From the NCBI GenBank assembly GCA_050248535.1, contig JBFWSE010000002.1, positions 3,209 through 67,208 of the forward strand: 64,000 nucleotides of DNA. Reading direction: 5' to 3'. The notes under the pieces are model-generated. The model ran no database searches and was not told the origin of the DNA. It saw only the letters and a list, made by a program, of their open reading frames with translations. Both the position numbers and the translations under genes were made by a program. Positions 10,180-19,575 of this stretch are shown here, one piece after another. Each line of letters begins with the position of its first letter. Position 1 is the stretch's first letter. Source of the stretch: Novosphingobium sp. GTDB lineage: Bacteria > Pseudomonadota > Alphaproteobacteria > Sphingomonadales > Sphingomonadaceae.

Positions 10180-11427
10180 ATGAATGTTGCGGTTTTCCAT
10201 CCCGGCACCCAGCATAGCTGGCAGACCGCATTGGCGTTGCAACAGCTGAACCGGCTTGCCTGGTACGCCACCTCTATCTTCTATCAGCCTGACCGCTTTC
10301 CCTACCGGCTCGAACGCATGTTGCCCGCCCCGCTGGCACGCCGGGCGAAGGCCGAATTCCGCCGGGTGAGCCATCCCGGTCTCGATCCTGCGCTGGTGCG
10401 CACGACGGGGCTGGCCGAATGGATCGAGCGCGCCGCCTCTCGCGCCGGCTGGCGCGAAGCGGCGCGACGGATCGACATGTGGGGCAACCGGCGCTTCGTC
10501 GACGGGATCGCGAAGGACATCCGGTCGCCCGAACCCTTCGCGCTGTGGGGTTATAACGGCAGTTCGGCGACCAGCTTCGCGCTCGCCAGGGAATATGGAC
10601 GCACCTGCATCCTCGACCGGACCAATGGCGATTTCCGTGTCTACAACGCCATGATGGCCGAAGTGGCGGACCGGTTCGGCGCCTGGTTCCTGCCAGTCGA
10701 GCGAGAAGTGCCGCAATCCACCGTCGCCGAAGACGACCGCGAATATGCCCTGGCCGACACGATTCTGGTCGGCAGTCCCTTCGCCGAACAGACTATCCGG
10801 CAGGCCGTGCCGGACCAGTCGATCCACGACAAGCTGCGCGTGCTCGAATATTGCTATGATGAAGCCCTGTTCGCGGCGGCGCCTCCGCCCAGGCCGGTGG
10901 ATCGCAAAGGCCCTGTCAAGTTCCTGTTCCTCGGCCTGGTCATCCCGCGCAAGGGCATCCACCACGTGCTGGAGGCCCTGGCCCGGATCCCGGCTTCGCA
11001 GGCGGAGCTGACCATCGTTGGCGAAATGCGTGTGCCGGCCGCGGCTTTCGCGCCTTTCGCTGGCCGGGTGAATTTCCGGCCCACGGTAGCGCGAGCCGAT
11101 GTGCCGGCGATCATGCGTGAGCACCACGTGCTGGTATTGCCGAGCTATTTCGAAGGGGCGAGGATCGTGCTTTACGAGGCGCTCGCATCGGGATGCGCAC
11201 TGATCCAGTCCGACCGCTGCACTCCGGCCGTCAGCGAAAAGACCGGCATCTTGCTGGATTGCCTCGATACCGATGCGGTCCACGCAGCCATGCTGGCGGC
11301 CATCGAAGACCGGGATCGGCTGGATTTCTGGCGCAGCAATGCGATGCGCGAAGCGGAAGCGTTCAACTTCGCGCATTATCGCGAGAAGATCGCCAGGCTG
11401 CTCGCCGATTTGGGCCTCGACGGTTGA
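10180..11427 (+). CDS. Glycosyltransferase family 4
   Basis: FLFLGLVIPRKGIH, VLPSYFEGARIVLYEALASGC (EX7E). Confidence 0.9.
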   Translation: MNVAVFHPGTQHSWQTALALQQLNRLAWYATSIFYQPDRFPYRLERMLPAPLARRAKAEFRRVSHPGLDPALVRTTGLAEWIERAASRAGWREAARRIDMWGNRRFVDGIAKDIRSPEPFALWGYNGSSATSFALAREYGRTCILDRTNGDFRVYNAMMAEVADRFGAWFLPVEREVPQSTVAEDDREYALADTILVGSPFAEQTIRQAVPDQSIHDKLRVLEYCYDEALFAAAPPPRPVDRKGPVKFLFLGLVIPRKGIHHVLEALARIPASQAELTIVGEMRVPAAAFAPFAGRVNFRPTVARADVPAIMREHHVLVLPSYFEGARIVLYEALASGCALIQSDRCTPAVSEKTGILLDCLDTDAVHAAMLAAIEDRDRLDFWRSNAMREAEAFNFAHYREKIARLLADLGLDG

Positions 11428-11537
11428 ACGCGCGTGCCGGCCTGCTTGCCGCATGCGGCGTGTTTGGCTAGCAGGGCCGCCGCCGTGACCGCTATTCCCG
11501 AACCTTGCCTGCCATCGCCTGCCCAAGACCCGGCGGC

Positions 11538-13352
11538 ATGACGCAAGGCGTTGCCGTATCCTGGCGAAAGCTCTACGCGATCATGCGCCCCTGCGGCCGT
11601 GGCAGGCTGGCGCTGGTCATGGCGCTGTTACTCGCGCAGGTGCTGTCGCAAACGCTTGCGGTGTTCTCGCTGCTGCCCTTCCTTTCTGCTGCCGCCGATG
11701 TCGCGGCGTTCCGGAATTCACGGGCCGGAAGTGTCTTTGTTGAGGCCATCGGCGGCGGAAGCGATCAGCGTCTGCTGATCTGGACCGGTTCGCTCTCGCT
11801 GGCCGTGCTGGTGGCGAGCAACGCAGTGGCGCTTGCGGCCGACTACGTCCGCAGCCGCTATGCCCAGCTTGTCGGCCACCGGTTGCGCATCAGGCTGCTC
11901 GGCGAACTGCTCGACAGACGGTATGAATATTTCCTTGGGATAAACAGCGCGGTGCTGCTCAAGAATCTTGTCGACGATGCGGCCATGGTCGGCGAGCAAC
12001 TGGTGCTGCCCGCACTCGACATTACGGCGCGCGGGCTGCTGGTGCTCATGCTGGCCGGAGCGGTTCTTTTGGTCGAACCCCTGGTGGCCGGCTTCGGCGC
12101 GGCGGCGATAGCGATCTACTATCTTCTGGTCATGTGGCCGATCCGGCGCCGGGCGCACCGGACATCGCAGCAAGTCCAGGATAACATCCGGTCGCTCTAT
12201 TACGAAGTGAACCAGACGCTCAACGCCGTGAAGCCGATACTTGCCGCGGGCCGCAGGGACTGGTTCGTCGCCCGGGCAGAACGCATATCGGCGCGGCATG
12301 CTGCCGTGACTCCTCGTATTCCGATGTACGCGATGATCCCGCGCAGCGGCCTGGAAATCATGGTATTCGGCGGCATCATTGCCTGGGTACTGGGTACGCT
12401 GATAGCTGGCGGCGACCTGGTGACAATGATGCCGCGAGTCGGGATGATCGCTGTTGTGGCCTACCGTGTCATGCCATCGATCCAGCTGATTTTCATGCAG
12501 CTGACTGCGATGACTTCCTCAAGCCGTGCCTTGCGGGAAATATCGGATTTGTCGCGCGATCAGCAATCGCTCTCGGCCCTGCCGGCCAGGCAGCCATTCG
12601 ACGACGACCGGCAAAGGCTGAGCTGGCAGCGGGAAATTCGTTTCGAAAATGTGGCCTTTGCCTATTCCGGGGCCAGGGTGCCGGCGCTTCGCGGCGTCTC
12701 TTTCGTCATTTCCAAGGGACAGCGGGTGGCATTTGTCGGCCCGACCGGCTCAGGCAAATCGACGCTCATCGACATTCTGCTCGGAATGCTGATTCCGACT
12801 TCAGGCCAAGTACTCATCGATGGCGAGCCGCTGACGCCCGAGCTGATTTTTGCATGGCGCCGGACAGTCGGTTATGTTCCGCAGGAATTGTTCCTGCTCG
12901 ACGGCTCGATTGCCGAGAACATCGCCTTCGGCGCCGGCTTCGACGAGATCGACCGCGAGCGCGTCATCGAAGTCGCCGAAACAGCGCAAGCGCGCAACTT
13001 TATCGAAAGCGGTCAGCCGCAGGGCTTCGAGACGATAGTCGGAGAACGCGGAGTCAGGCTCAGCGGCGGTCAGCGGCAGCGTCTGGCGCTTGCCCGGGCG
13101 CTATTCTGCAAACCCGATGTACTGATTCTCGACGAAGCCACTAGCGCACTCGACCCCGCCACGGAAAGCCGGGTGGTCGAGGCGATGAACCAGGCCAGCC
13201 AAAACCTCACTGTGGTTACTGTCACGCACCGGATCAACACGGTGAAAAACTACGACTGTATCCATTTCGTCGAGGGCGGGCGCATTGTCGCATCGGGCAC
13301 CTACGCCGAACTGGCCGCCGATCATGCCGGCTTTCGGGATCTGACACATTGA
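11538..13352 (+). CDS. ABC transporter, fused TMD+NBD (PglK/HetA-like glycan flippase)
   Basis: N-terminal TM domain; Walker A GPTGSGKST, Q-loop GYVPQE, signature LSGGQRQR, Walker B ILDEATSALD, H-loop VTHR; start probably ATG 11538. Confidence 0.92.
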   Translation: MTQGVAVSWRKLYAIMRPCGRGRLALVMALLLAQVLSQTLAVFSLLPFLSAAADVAAFRNSRAGSVFVEAIGGGSDQRLLIWTGSLSLAVLVASNAVALAADYVRSRYAQLVGHRLRIRLLGELLDRRYEYFLGINSAVLLKNLVDDAAMVGEQLVLPALDITARGLLVLMLAGAVLLVEPLVAGFGAAAIAIYYLLVMWPIRRRAHRTSQQVQDNIRSLYYEVNQTLNAVKPILAAGRRDWFVARAERISARHAAVTPRIPMYAMIPRSGLEIMVFGGIIAWVLGTLIAGGDLVTMMPRVGMIAVVAYRVMPSIQLIFMQLTAMTSSSRALREISDLSRDQQSLSALPARQPFDDDRQRLSWQREIRFENVAFAYSGARVPALRGVSFVISKGQRVAFVGPTGSGKSTLIDILLGMLIPTSGQVLIDGEPLTPELIFAWRRTVGYVPQELFLLDGSIAENIAFGAGFDEIDRERVIEVAETAQARNFIESGQPQGFETIVGERGVRLSGGQRQRLALARALFCKPDVLILDEATSALDPATESRVVEAMNQASQNLTVVTVTHRINTVKNYDCIHFVEGGRIVASGTYAELAADHAGFRDLTH

Positions 13353-14347
13353 GCGCCATGCGGATTTCCACAATCATTCCCGCTTACAACCGGGCCGACC
13401 TGATCGGCGAGACTCTGCGCACCGTGCTGTCGCAGAGCCTGCCGCCGCACGAAGTGATTGTGGTCGACGATGGCTCGAGCGATGGCACGCCCGACGCCGT
13501 CGCTGCTTTCGGCAAGGATGTGACGCTGATCCGCCAGGCGAATGCCGGGGCGGGTCCGGCCCGCAACGCGGGCTTTGCCCGATCGAGCGGCGATGTTATC
13601 CACTTCATGGACAGCGACGATCTGTGCTCGCTGAATTCCTACGAAGCGGCGATGCGGCGTTTCGAGGCCGGGGCGGATATGGTCTATGGGCCTTGGCTCA
13701 AGACCCGATTCAATGGCACGCGGCTCGATCCCGAGCCCTTCGTGCTGCAACAGGGGCCCATTGCCTCCACGCGGCCGAACGATGTGCTTGCCCTGATGGT
13801 CGATTGGGTGACGGTATTCCAGCCCTGCCTGTTTCGCCGGGAACTGATCGAACGGGCCGGACCATACCGGGCGGACCTCAAGCCCTCGGAGGATACCGAG
13901 CTACTCTATCGCATTATGGCCGCGGCGCGAGCGCCGGCGCACGTGGCAGAGGCATTGGTGCTCTACCGGGTGCATCCGGAAAACCAGGTTTCCGAACAAA
14001 ACCTGGGCCGCCGCCTCATCGACCGGGCCAATCTGTGGTCCGTGCTCGAACAGCATGCCAAGGCACGCGACGATCTCGATGCCACGTTCTGGCGCCGGTT
14101 CCGGCGCAGGAAATACGAAGTGGCGGTCGAAGTGAGGGAATACGATGCGGCCCGGGCGGAAGCGCTGGAAAGCGATGTCGGCGTGGCCGACCGCATGCTC
14201 CACCCCTTGCGCCAGTTCGCACGGCGTGTCCGGATGCGGCTGCAAGTCATGGCGACCGGCAATCCCTATCCCCGAACGCTGTCGGCTGCGCCGATCTCAC
14301 CCGGACAGCGCGAGCAAGTCCGCCTGCTCGGTTATGAGCTGCCCTAA
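13349..14347 (+). CDS. Glycosyltransferase family 2
   Basis: IIPAYNR, VIVVDDGSSD, NAGAGPARNAG, HFMDSDD; 4-nt overlap with ABC gene stop. Confidence 0.93.
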   Translation: MSAMRISTIIPAYNRADLIGETLRTVLSQSLPPHEVIVVDDGSSDGTPDAVAAFGKDVTLIRQANAGAGPARNAGFARSSGDVIHFMDSDDLCSLNSYEAAMRRFEAGADMVYGPWLKTRFNGTRLDPEPFVLQQGPIASTRPNDVLALMVDWVTVFQPCLFRRELIERAGPYRADLKPSEDTELLYRIMAAARAPAHVAEALVLYRVHPENQVSEQNLGRRLIDRANLWSVLEQHAKARDDLDATFWRRFRRRKYEVAVEVREYDAARAEALESDVGVADRMLHPLRQFARRVRMRLQVMATGNPYPRTLSAAPISPGQREQVRLLGYELP

Positions 14348-14925
14348 CCCAGCCAGGGCGAGAAATCGAGTTCGTAGGCCATATCGCGCGGCCGCTGGCC
14401 GACCACCCTGGCGGGATTGCCCGCGACGATGGCAAAAGGTTCGACGTCCCCGGTCACCACTGCGCCCGCCGCCACCACGGCGCCCTCGCCAATAGTCACG
14501 CCCGGCAGAATGGTGGCGCGATAGGCGATCCAGGCGCGGTCGCCGATGGTCACTTCGCCGCCGCGGTCGGCGAAGTCCGGCGAAGCCGGATCATGGCCGA
14601 GCGTCAAGATGCTGGCCTCGGGGCCGATCGACACATCGGCGCCTGTACGGATCGCAAACTTGCGGCCATCCAGCAGGCAGCCGAAATTGATCACATTGCG
14701 CGGCCCCAGAAACACTTTGCGCCCATTGAGAAAGCGGCAGCCGAGCTGCACTCCGGTTCCTCTGCCCAGCCCGCCAAGCCATAGGCGCAAGGCAAGGCGG
14801 CGCAGCTTGCGTGAAGGCAGCCGGCCGATCAGGTGGTTATAAAGATATGCGGCCAAGCTGCCGGCGAGGATTTTCAAAGTGCTGGAACTCCCTGGAATGC
14901 CGAAACACGCGCTTTTGGATAACAT
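14344..14925 (-). CDS. Acyltransferase, hexapeptide-repeat (maltose/galactoside O-acetyltransferase family)
   Basis: VTIGDRAWIAYRATILPGVTIGEGAVVAAGAVVTGDV...VAGNPA. Confidence 0.9.
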   Translation of the reverse strand: MLSKSACFGIPGSSSTLKILAGSLAAYLYNHLIGRLPSRKLRRLALRLWLGGLGRGTGVQLGCRFLNGRKVFLGPRNVINFGCLLDGRKFAIRTGADVSIGPEASILTLGHDPASPDFADRGGEVTIGDRAWIAYRATILPGVTIGEGAVVAAGAVVTGDVEPFAIVAGNPARVVGQRPRDMAYELDFSPWLG

Positions 14926-14943
14926 ATCCGCAAGACAGGCGGA

Positions 14944-16095
14944 TCAGGAAATGATGGCGATTAACCCATCGATATTCTTCGCCCACGAGGCATGCTCACG
15001 ATAGGCCTTGAACGCTTCGGAATGGCTTGCACCGCCCTTTCTCATCCGGGCGATCCCCGCAACGATGGCCGGGACGGAATCCGGCTCGATCCACTCGCCT
15101 ATCCCGAAGGCCTGCACTGCATCGCGCAAGGGCCCCGGCCCGCCAGAGGCCAGTACCGGCCGGTCCCAGTTTGCGGCAATCTGGAGAACCCCGCTCTGCG
15201 AAACGAATTGCCCCGAATAGGTCAGTGCAACGACGTCGGCGCTGGCGAACCAGGCGGAAACATCTTTGTCGGGAACATGGCCTTCCGCGAGACGGAACCG
15301 CGCGGCGACATCCAGTTCTTCGGCAAGCGCGGCGTAATGACTGCCTGGACGATCCTGACGCGACGATGGCGCACCGGCGACAACCAGAACCATTTCCGGA
15401 ACTTCTGCAAGAGCTCGCACCAGCAGGTCGAGGTTCTTGCGATCGGCAATATGCCCGAATGCAAGGACCAGCAATGCATCCGGGGCAATGGCCAGTCTCG
15501 CACGAAGATCGACGTTGCGCTCATGCCGGGCGTAGTCCGTGTACAGGCCATGCGGCACCACGCGCATGACCAGCCGTTCGGGAAGCCCGGCCTCCGCCGG
15601 CGGGCTTGCGTGGATCAGTCCGCCATGGAGCGGCGCGAGCGAGAGGCGCAGATTTAACCGATGCAGCCAACGGGGCCCCCGCCGGTGCTCACGCACCGGA
15701 TCGTGGAAATTGGCGAGATAGAGCACCCCGAAACGGGCGAGCAGCACATGCGGCCAGGCCCAGAACAGTGCATGATAGTCGCTGTTGGCCTCGAGCAGGA
15801 CAACCCGGGCGCGAGTTCTCAAGATGAAGATGGCCAGCTTGTAATAGTTGGCCACGGTGGCAAGCACACGCAGCGCGCGGGCGGCAGGACTGGTCCCCGC
15901 CACCGAAAGCAATGCCGGTTCGCGCCGGAATCCATCCCCTGGCCTGGCGGCGAATTGCGGTGTGCAGAGCACCGTGACGTTGCAGCCCCGGCGAGCCAGT
16001 TCCTGCGCCTGATAGCGGACATATTCGGCGATGCCGCCGATTGCCGCCGGTGCGAAAATCAGCACCGGAGGAAGCGGCGCCGCGCCCTCGCTCAC
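14944..16095 (-). CDS. Glycosyltransferase family 4-like
   Basis: Probable GTG start 16095 overlapping upstream TGA; GGIAEY, VVPHG, FGHIADRKN, SQSGVLQIA. Confidence 0.85.
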   Translation of the reverse strand: MSEGAAPLPPVLIFAPAAIGGIAEYVRYQAQELARRGCNVTVLCTPQFAARPGDGFRREPALLSVAGTSPAARALRVLATVANYYKLAIFILRTRARVVLLEANSDYHALFWAWPHVLLARFGVLYLANFHDPVREHRRGPRWLHRLNLRLSLAPLHGGLIHASPPAEAGLPERLVMRVVPHGLYTDYARHERNVDLRARLAIAPDALLVLAFGHIADRKNLDLLVRALAEVPEMVLVVAGAPSSRQDRPGSHYAALAEELDVAARFRLAEGHVPDKDVSAWFASADVVALTYSGQFVSQSGVLQIAANWDRPVLASGGPGPLRDAVQAFGIGEWIEPDSVPAIVAGIARMRKGGASHSEAFKAYREHASWAKNIDGLIAIIS

Positions 16096-17321
16096 AGTTC
16101 CCGGCCCCAGAGCTTGGCGAGAAAGGCCTCGGGCGAATTCGCCTGTTGCGCCGCCTTGCGCCGCTCGCGGGCGAGGGCGCGGAAGTGCGCGTAATTTTCC
16201 GCCATATCGCGCATGGCCTGGGCCAGCGCGGCTGCATCGCCATCGGCAATGGCGATTCCCGCGCCCGACATTTCCGCGAAATCGGAAGTCCAGGTATCCT
16301 GCGTATAGATCATCGCTATGCCCGCTGTCGCCGCCTCCACCGCCACGCCCGAAATCCGCGCGAAGTAGCTTTCGCGGCGATAGGGCAAAAGCATGCAATC
16401 GGTTTCGGCAACCGCCCGGTCATAGCCGGCGCTGTCGAGCTGCCCGGTCAGGAAAGTCACGCGAGGATCGGCCAGCAAGTGCGGATCGGGATGGTAGGTG
16501 CTGCCGTCGGCATTGAGGATCGGCTGGTTCCACTGCACCACGAATTGCACCGGACGGGCAGGCGGGCCGGCCAGCAACAGGCGGATCGCCTCCTGCAGCA
16601 AGTCGATGCCTTTCTCGAACCGCGCCGGACCCAGACAGGAAAAGACCAGTGGCGCATCCAACGGCTTGGCTTGGTCCTCCAGCGCCGGGAACGGCGCAAC
16701 GCGCGGGCTGGGGAAGACCTTGGGCGCGATCCCGCAGAGCAGTTCGTATTCGCGGGCGAGGCGCGCGCTGTCCGTGGCGAAAGCCGCACGCCCTTCCCGC
16801 AGCGCAACGGCAAACGAGCGCAGCGCCCATGCGAATACCATGGCCGAACGCTTGAAAACAGGCGTGCTGCTGCCCGGCGCATAGGCCCCGGCATTGTTGC
16901 GGAACAAGAGCACCATGCGGCCGATCCGGCGGCGCTGCCAGAACAGCAGCAGACGCCAGCCCCATATGTGATGGATCACCACGGTGGGCGCGAACAAGCA
17001 ATCGAAGGGGCCATGCTGGCGCACGAAACGGTTCATGGTGCGAAACACCAGCCAGTTGTGCCGGGCTATGCCAAGGTAGCGCCGCCAGGCTTGCGGGTGG
17101 GCATAGACGCCGTCCCAATTGGTGCGCGCGAACAGCGGGCGGGCGTCGATTTCGGCGGCGATCTCCGGATCGATGCGGCAATGCGCGCCCACCGTCACTT
17201 CCACGCCCTGCCCAGCGTTCAACTCGGCGACCGATTTCACATATTCGTACCAGTGACCGATCCGGTCCTTCAGGGCCTCCTCGACGACTAGGAGCCGCTT
17301 GCCTGCCAGCCGGTCAGCCAT
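16092..17321 (-). CDS. GT-B fold glycosyltransferase, atypical
   Basis: GHWYEY N-terminal loop, CLGPARFEKG, MLLPYRRESYFARISGVAVEAATAG; start probably 17321 (8-nt overlap with reductase). Confidence 0.75.
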   Translation of the reverse strand: MADRLAGKRLLVVEEALKDRIGHWYEYVKSVAELNAGQGVEVTVGAHCRIDPEIAAEIDARPLFARTNWDGVYAHPQAWRRYLGIARHNWLVFRTMNRFVRQHGPFDCLFAPTVVIHHIWGWRLLLFWQRRRIGRMVLLFRNNAGAYAPGSSTPVFKRSAMVFAWALRSFAVALREGRAAFATDSARLAREYELLCGIAPKVFPSPRVAPFPALEDQAKPLDAPLVFSCLGPARFEKGIDLLQEAIRLLLAGPPARPVQFVVQWNQPILNADGSTYHPDPHLLADPRVTFLTGQLDSAGYDRAVAETDCMLLPYRRESYFARISGVAVEAATAGIAMIYTQDTWTSDFAEMSGAGIAIADGDAAALAQAMRDMAENYAHFRALARERRKAAQQANSPEAFLAKLWGREL

Positions 17322-18249
17322 CGAGGCTGCGGGCATACCAGTCGACCGTGCGCGCCAGCCCCTGCTCGATCGACGTTTGTGCCGTCCAGCCCAGCACCTC
17401 GCGCACTTTCGTCACATCGAGACGTCGGGTCTTCACGCCTGTGAATTTGTTGGGATTATAGGCGATTTCGCCGTCAAAGCCGGCAGCCTGCTTGATCGTC
17501 CCGGCAATGCGGGCGATCGAATAGGCCTCGCCCGTGCCGAGGTTGAGCATATCGGCATCGGAATGGAGGGCCGCTTCGATGATCCCGTCGGCGGCGTCTT
17601 CGACGAAAAGGAATTCGCGCTCCTGCGTCCCGTCGCCCCAGACTTCGACACTCTCCGCATGGCCCCGCGCGCCGCGCACGAATTTGCCGATCAGCGCGCC
17701 GACTACGTGCGAATCCTCGGCAAAGCTGTCGCCCGGCCCATAGACCGTGGGCAGCACCACGCTGGTCGAGCGCAGGCCGCATTCCTGCCGGTAGGCCCTC
17801 TGGCCGATCAGCATGGCCTTCTTGGTCAGCGCATAGGCGAAGAGATAGTCCTCCGGCTCGCTGCCCCAGACATCGCTTTCGGGATGCGGACGATGCAGCG
17901 AGGGATAGATGCAATAGGACAGGATCGAAGTCAGCTTGGCTTCGGGGAAATAGCGTTTCCAGCCTTCGAGCAGGTTGACGTTGATCTTGAAATTGACGTT
18001 GAACTGGGTTGCCGGGTGGCGCACCGGCCAGTCGCCCGCCTTGTAGAGCGCCGCGAGGTGGATGATGTGGTCACACTGATAGGCCTGCCGCTGGGCCTCC
18101 ATCCAGGCGAAGAAGGCCGCCTCGTCGGCAATGTCGACCACCGATGTGCCAACCGGCACCAGATTGGCATCAGGAAACCGTGCTGCGAGGCGGCGCATCA
18201 GCGTCTTGCCGACAAAGCCGGTGGCGCCGGTGACGATGACGTTCTTCAT
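17314..18249 (-). CDS. GDP-L-fucose-synthase-like NAD(P)-dependent epimerase/reductase (second Fcl paralogue)
   Basis: Start moved to ATG 18249; VTGATGFVG, IIHLAA, LSYCIYP, YALTKK (YxxxK), VYGPGD, SHVVGALI, VWGDG...REFLFVEDAA. Confidence 0.88.
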   Translation of the reverse strand: MKNVIVTGATGFVGKTLMRRLAARFPDANLVPVGTSVVDIADEAAFFAWMEAQRQAYQCDHIIHLAALYKAGDWPVRHPATQFNVNFKINVNLLEGWKRYFPEAKLTSILSYCIYPSLHRPHPESDVWGSEPEDYLFAYALTKKAMLIGQRAYRQECGLRSTSVVLPTVYGPGDSFAEDSHVVGALIGKFVRGARGHAESVEVWGDGTQEREFLFVEDAADGIIEAALHSDADMLNLGTGEAYSIARIAGTIKQAAGFDGEIAYNPNKFTGVKTRRLDVTKVREVLGWTAQTSIEQGLARTVDWYARSLDG

Positions 18250-19496
18250 ACCCGCTCGAACGCCCCGCCCGGCCCGACAATTCGCACTTCGGGCACTGTG
18301 ACGATGAACCGCCCGCCTTGTTGCAAGTAGGCGTCGAACTTGCCGACCAGGAAGTCGATGAAGTTCCACGACAGCACGAGGTAATAGTCGGGCACTTCGG
18401 TCACGGTCTTCTCGTCGACCACCGGGATATGGGTTCCAGGCGTAACGCGGCCGAACTTGAACTCGTTGACCTCGGTGACTTTCTCGATCAGCTCGGGGCC
18501 TATCCTGGCATAGTTCAGCACCGTGCTGCCCTTGACCGGGGCGCCCAGGGCAAAGACGCGTTTGCCTTCGCCCCTGAGCCGTTCAAGCAGAGTTTTCACC
18601 GTCGCCATGTTGTGGGCAATGCGCCCGGCGAAGAGATCATAGGTCTCTCGCCGGTAAAGCCCGGCCGCATCTTCGGCGGCAATCGCCTCGGCCACGGCGG
18701 GTGTAGTCGGCAGAGGATTTTCCTCGCGGCAGACATAGAGAATGAACGAACCGCCGTGGATCGGTGAAAACTCGACATCCTGGATGCGCAACCCGTGCTC
18801 GGCGAACAGCCGGGTCAGCGGCCCGAGCGAATGGACGCAGCTATGCTCATGATAGAAGTGATCGAACTCGTTGAACTCGATCAGATCCTTGAGATTGACC
18901 CCCTGCACCACGAAGAATGAATTGGGGCCCATCACTTCGGTCAGCCCGCGCACGAAATCGTGCAGGTCGGGCACGTGATAGAACACGGCAGTGGCCGTGA
19001 TCACTTCCGGGCAGACGCCAAGCTGGCGCAAGCTCTTGCCCGTCTCGTGGTTCCAGAACTGCTGGAACACTGTCACGCCTTTGCCACGCGCCAGCCGCCC
19101 CGGCCGCTCCGACGGATCGACGCCCAGCACCCGCATGCCGTTGTCCGCGAAGGCCTGGAGCAGAGTGCCGTCGTTGCAGCCGACATCGATGACCAGATCG
19201 TTCGGTTTCAGCCCCAGCTTTTCGACCACATGTGGCGCCAGAGCCTGGAAATGGCGCACCACCGGCTCGCTGGTGCCGGTTACATAGGGATGGTCGCGGA
19301 AGAGCAGTTCCTGCGAGGGGAATTCGGCGATCTGCACTTCCCAACAATCCTCGCAGACCATCATGGCGAGCGGGAAAGTGACTTCGCCGGCCAGTTCGTC
19401 GGCATAGAGGAAGTGGTTGCCATTGGGCTGATCGCCGCAATCGATGAACTCATGCAACCGCACCCCGCCGCAAACCATGCAGTTTTGTCGTTTCAT
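18246..19496 (-). CDS. NDP-hexose C3-methyltransferase (zinc-binding N-domain + SAM domain + C-terminal domain)
   Basis: Start ATG 19496; CMVC...CEDC Zn ligands, VIDVGCNDG, FDHFYHEH, IHGGS, GAPVKGSTVLNY, PDYYLVLSWNF. Confidence 0.9.
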   Translation of the reverse strand: MKRQNCMVCGGVRLHEFIDCGDQPNGNHFLYADELAGEVTFPLAMMVCEDCWEVQIAEFPSQELLFRDHPYVTGTSEPVVRHFQALAPHVVEKLGLKPNDLVIDVGCNDGTLLQAFADNGMRVLGVDPSERPGRLARGKGVTVFQQFWNHETGKSLRQLGVCPEVITATAVFYHVPDLHDFVRGLTEVMGPNSFFVVQGVNLKDLIEFNEFDHFYHEHSCVHSLGPLTRLFAEHGLRIQDVEFSPIHGGSFILYVCREENPLPTTPAVAEAIAAEDAAGLYRRETYDLFAGRIAHNMATVKTLLERLRGEGKRVFALGAPVKGSTVLNYARIGPELIEKVTEVNEFKFGRVTPGTHIPVVDEKTVTEVPDYYLVLSWNFIDFLVGKFDAYLQQGGRFIVTVPEVRIVGPGGAFERV

Positions 19497-19575
19497 CGGC
19501 TGGCGGGACTTTCCTGGCTGAACAGACTGGCGCCGGGGCACCTAGCGGAAGCGCGGGGCAGGGGGCAAGCGGCGA

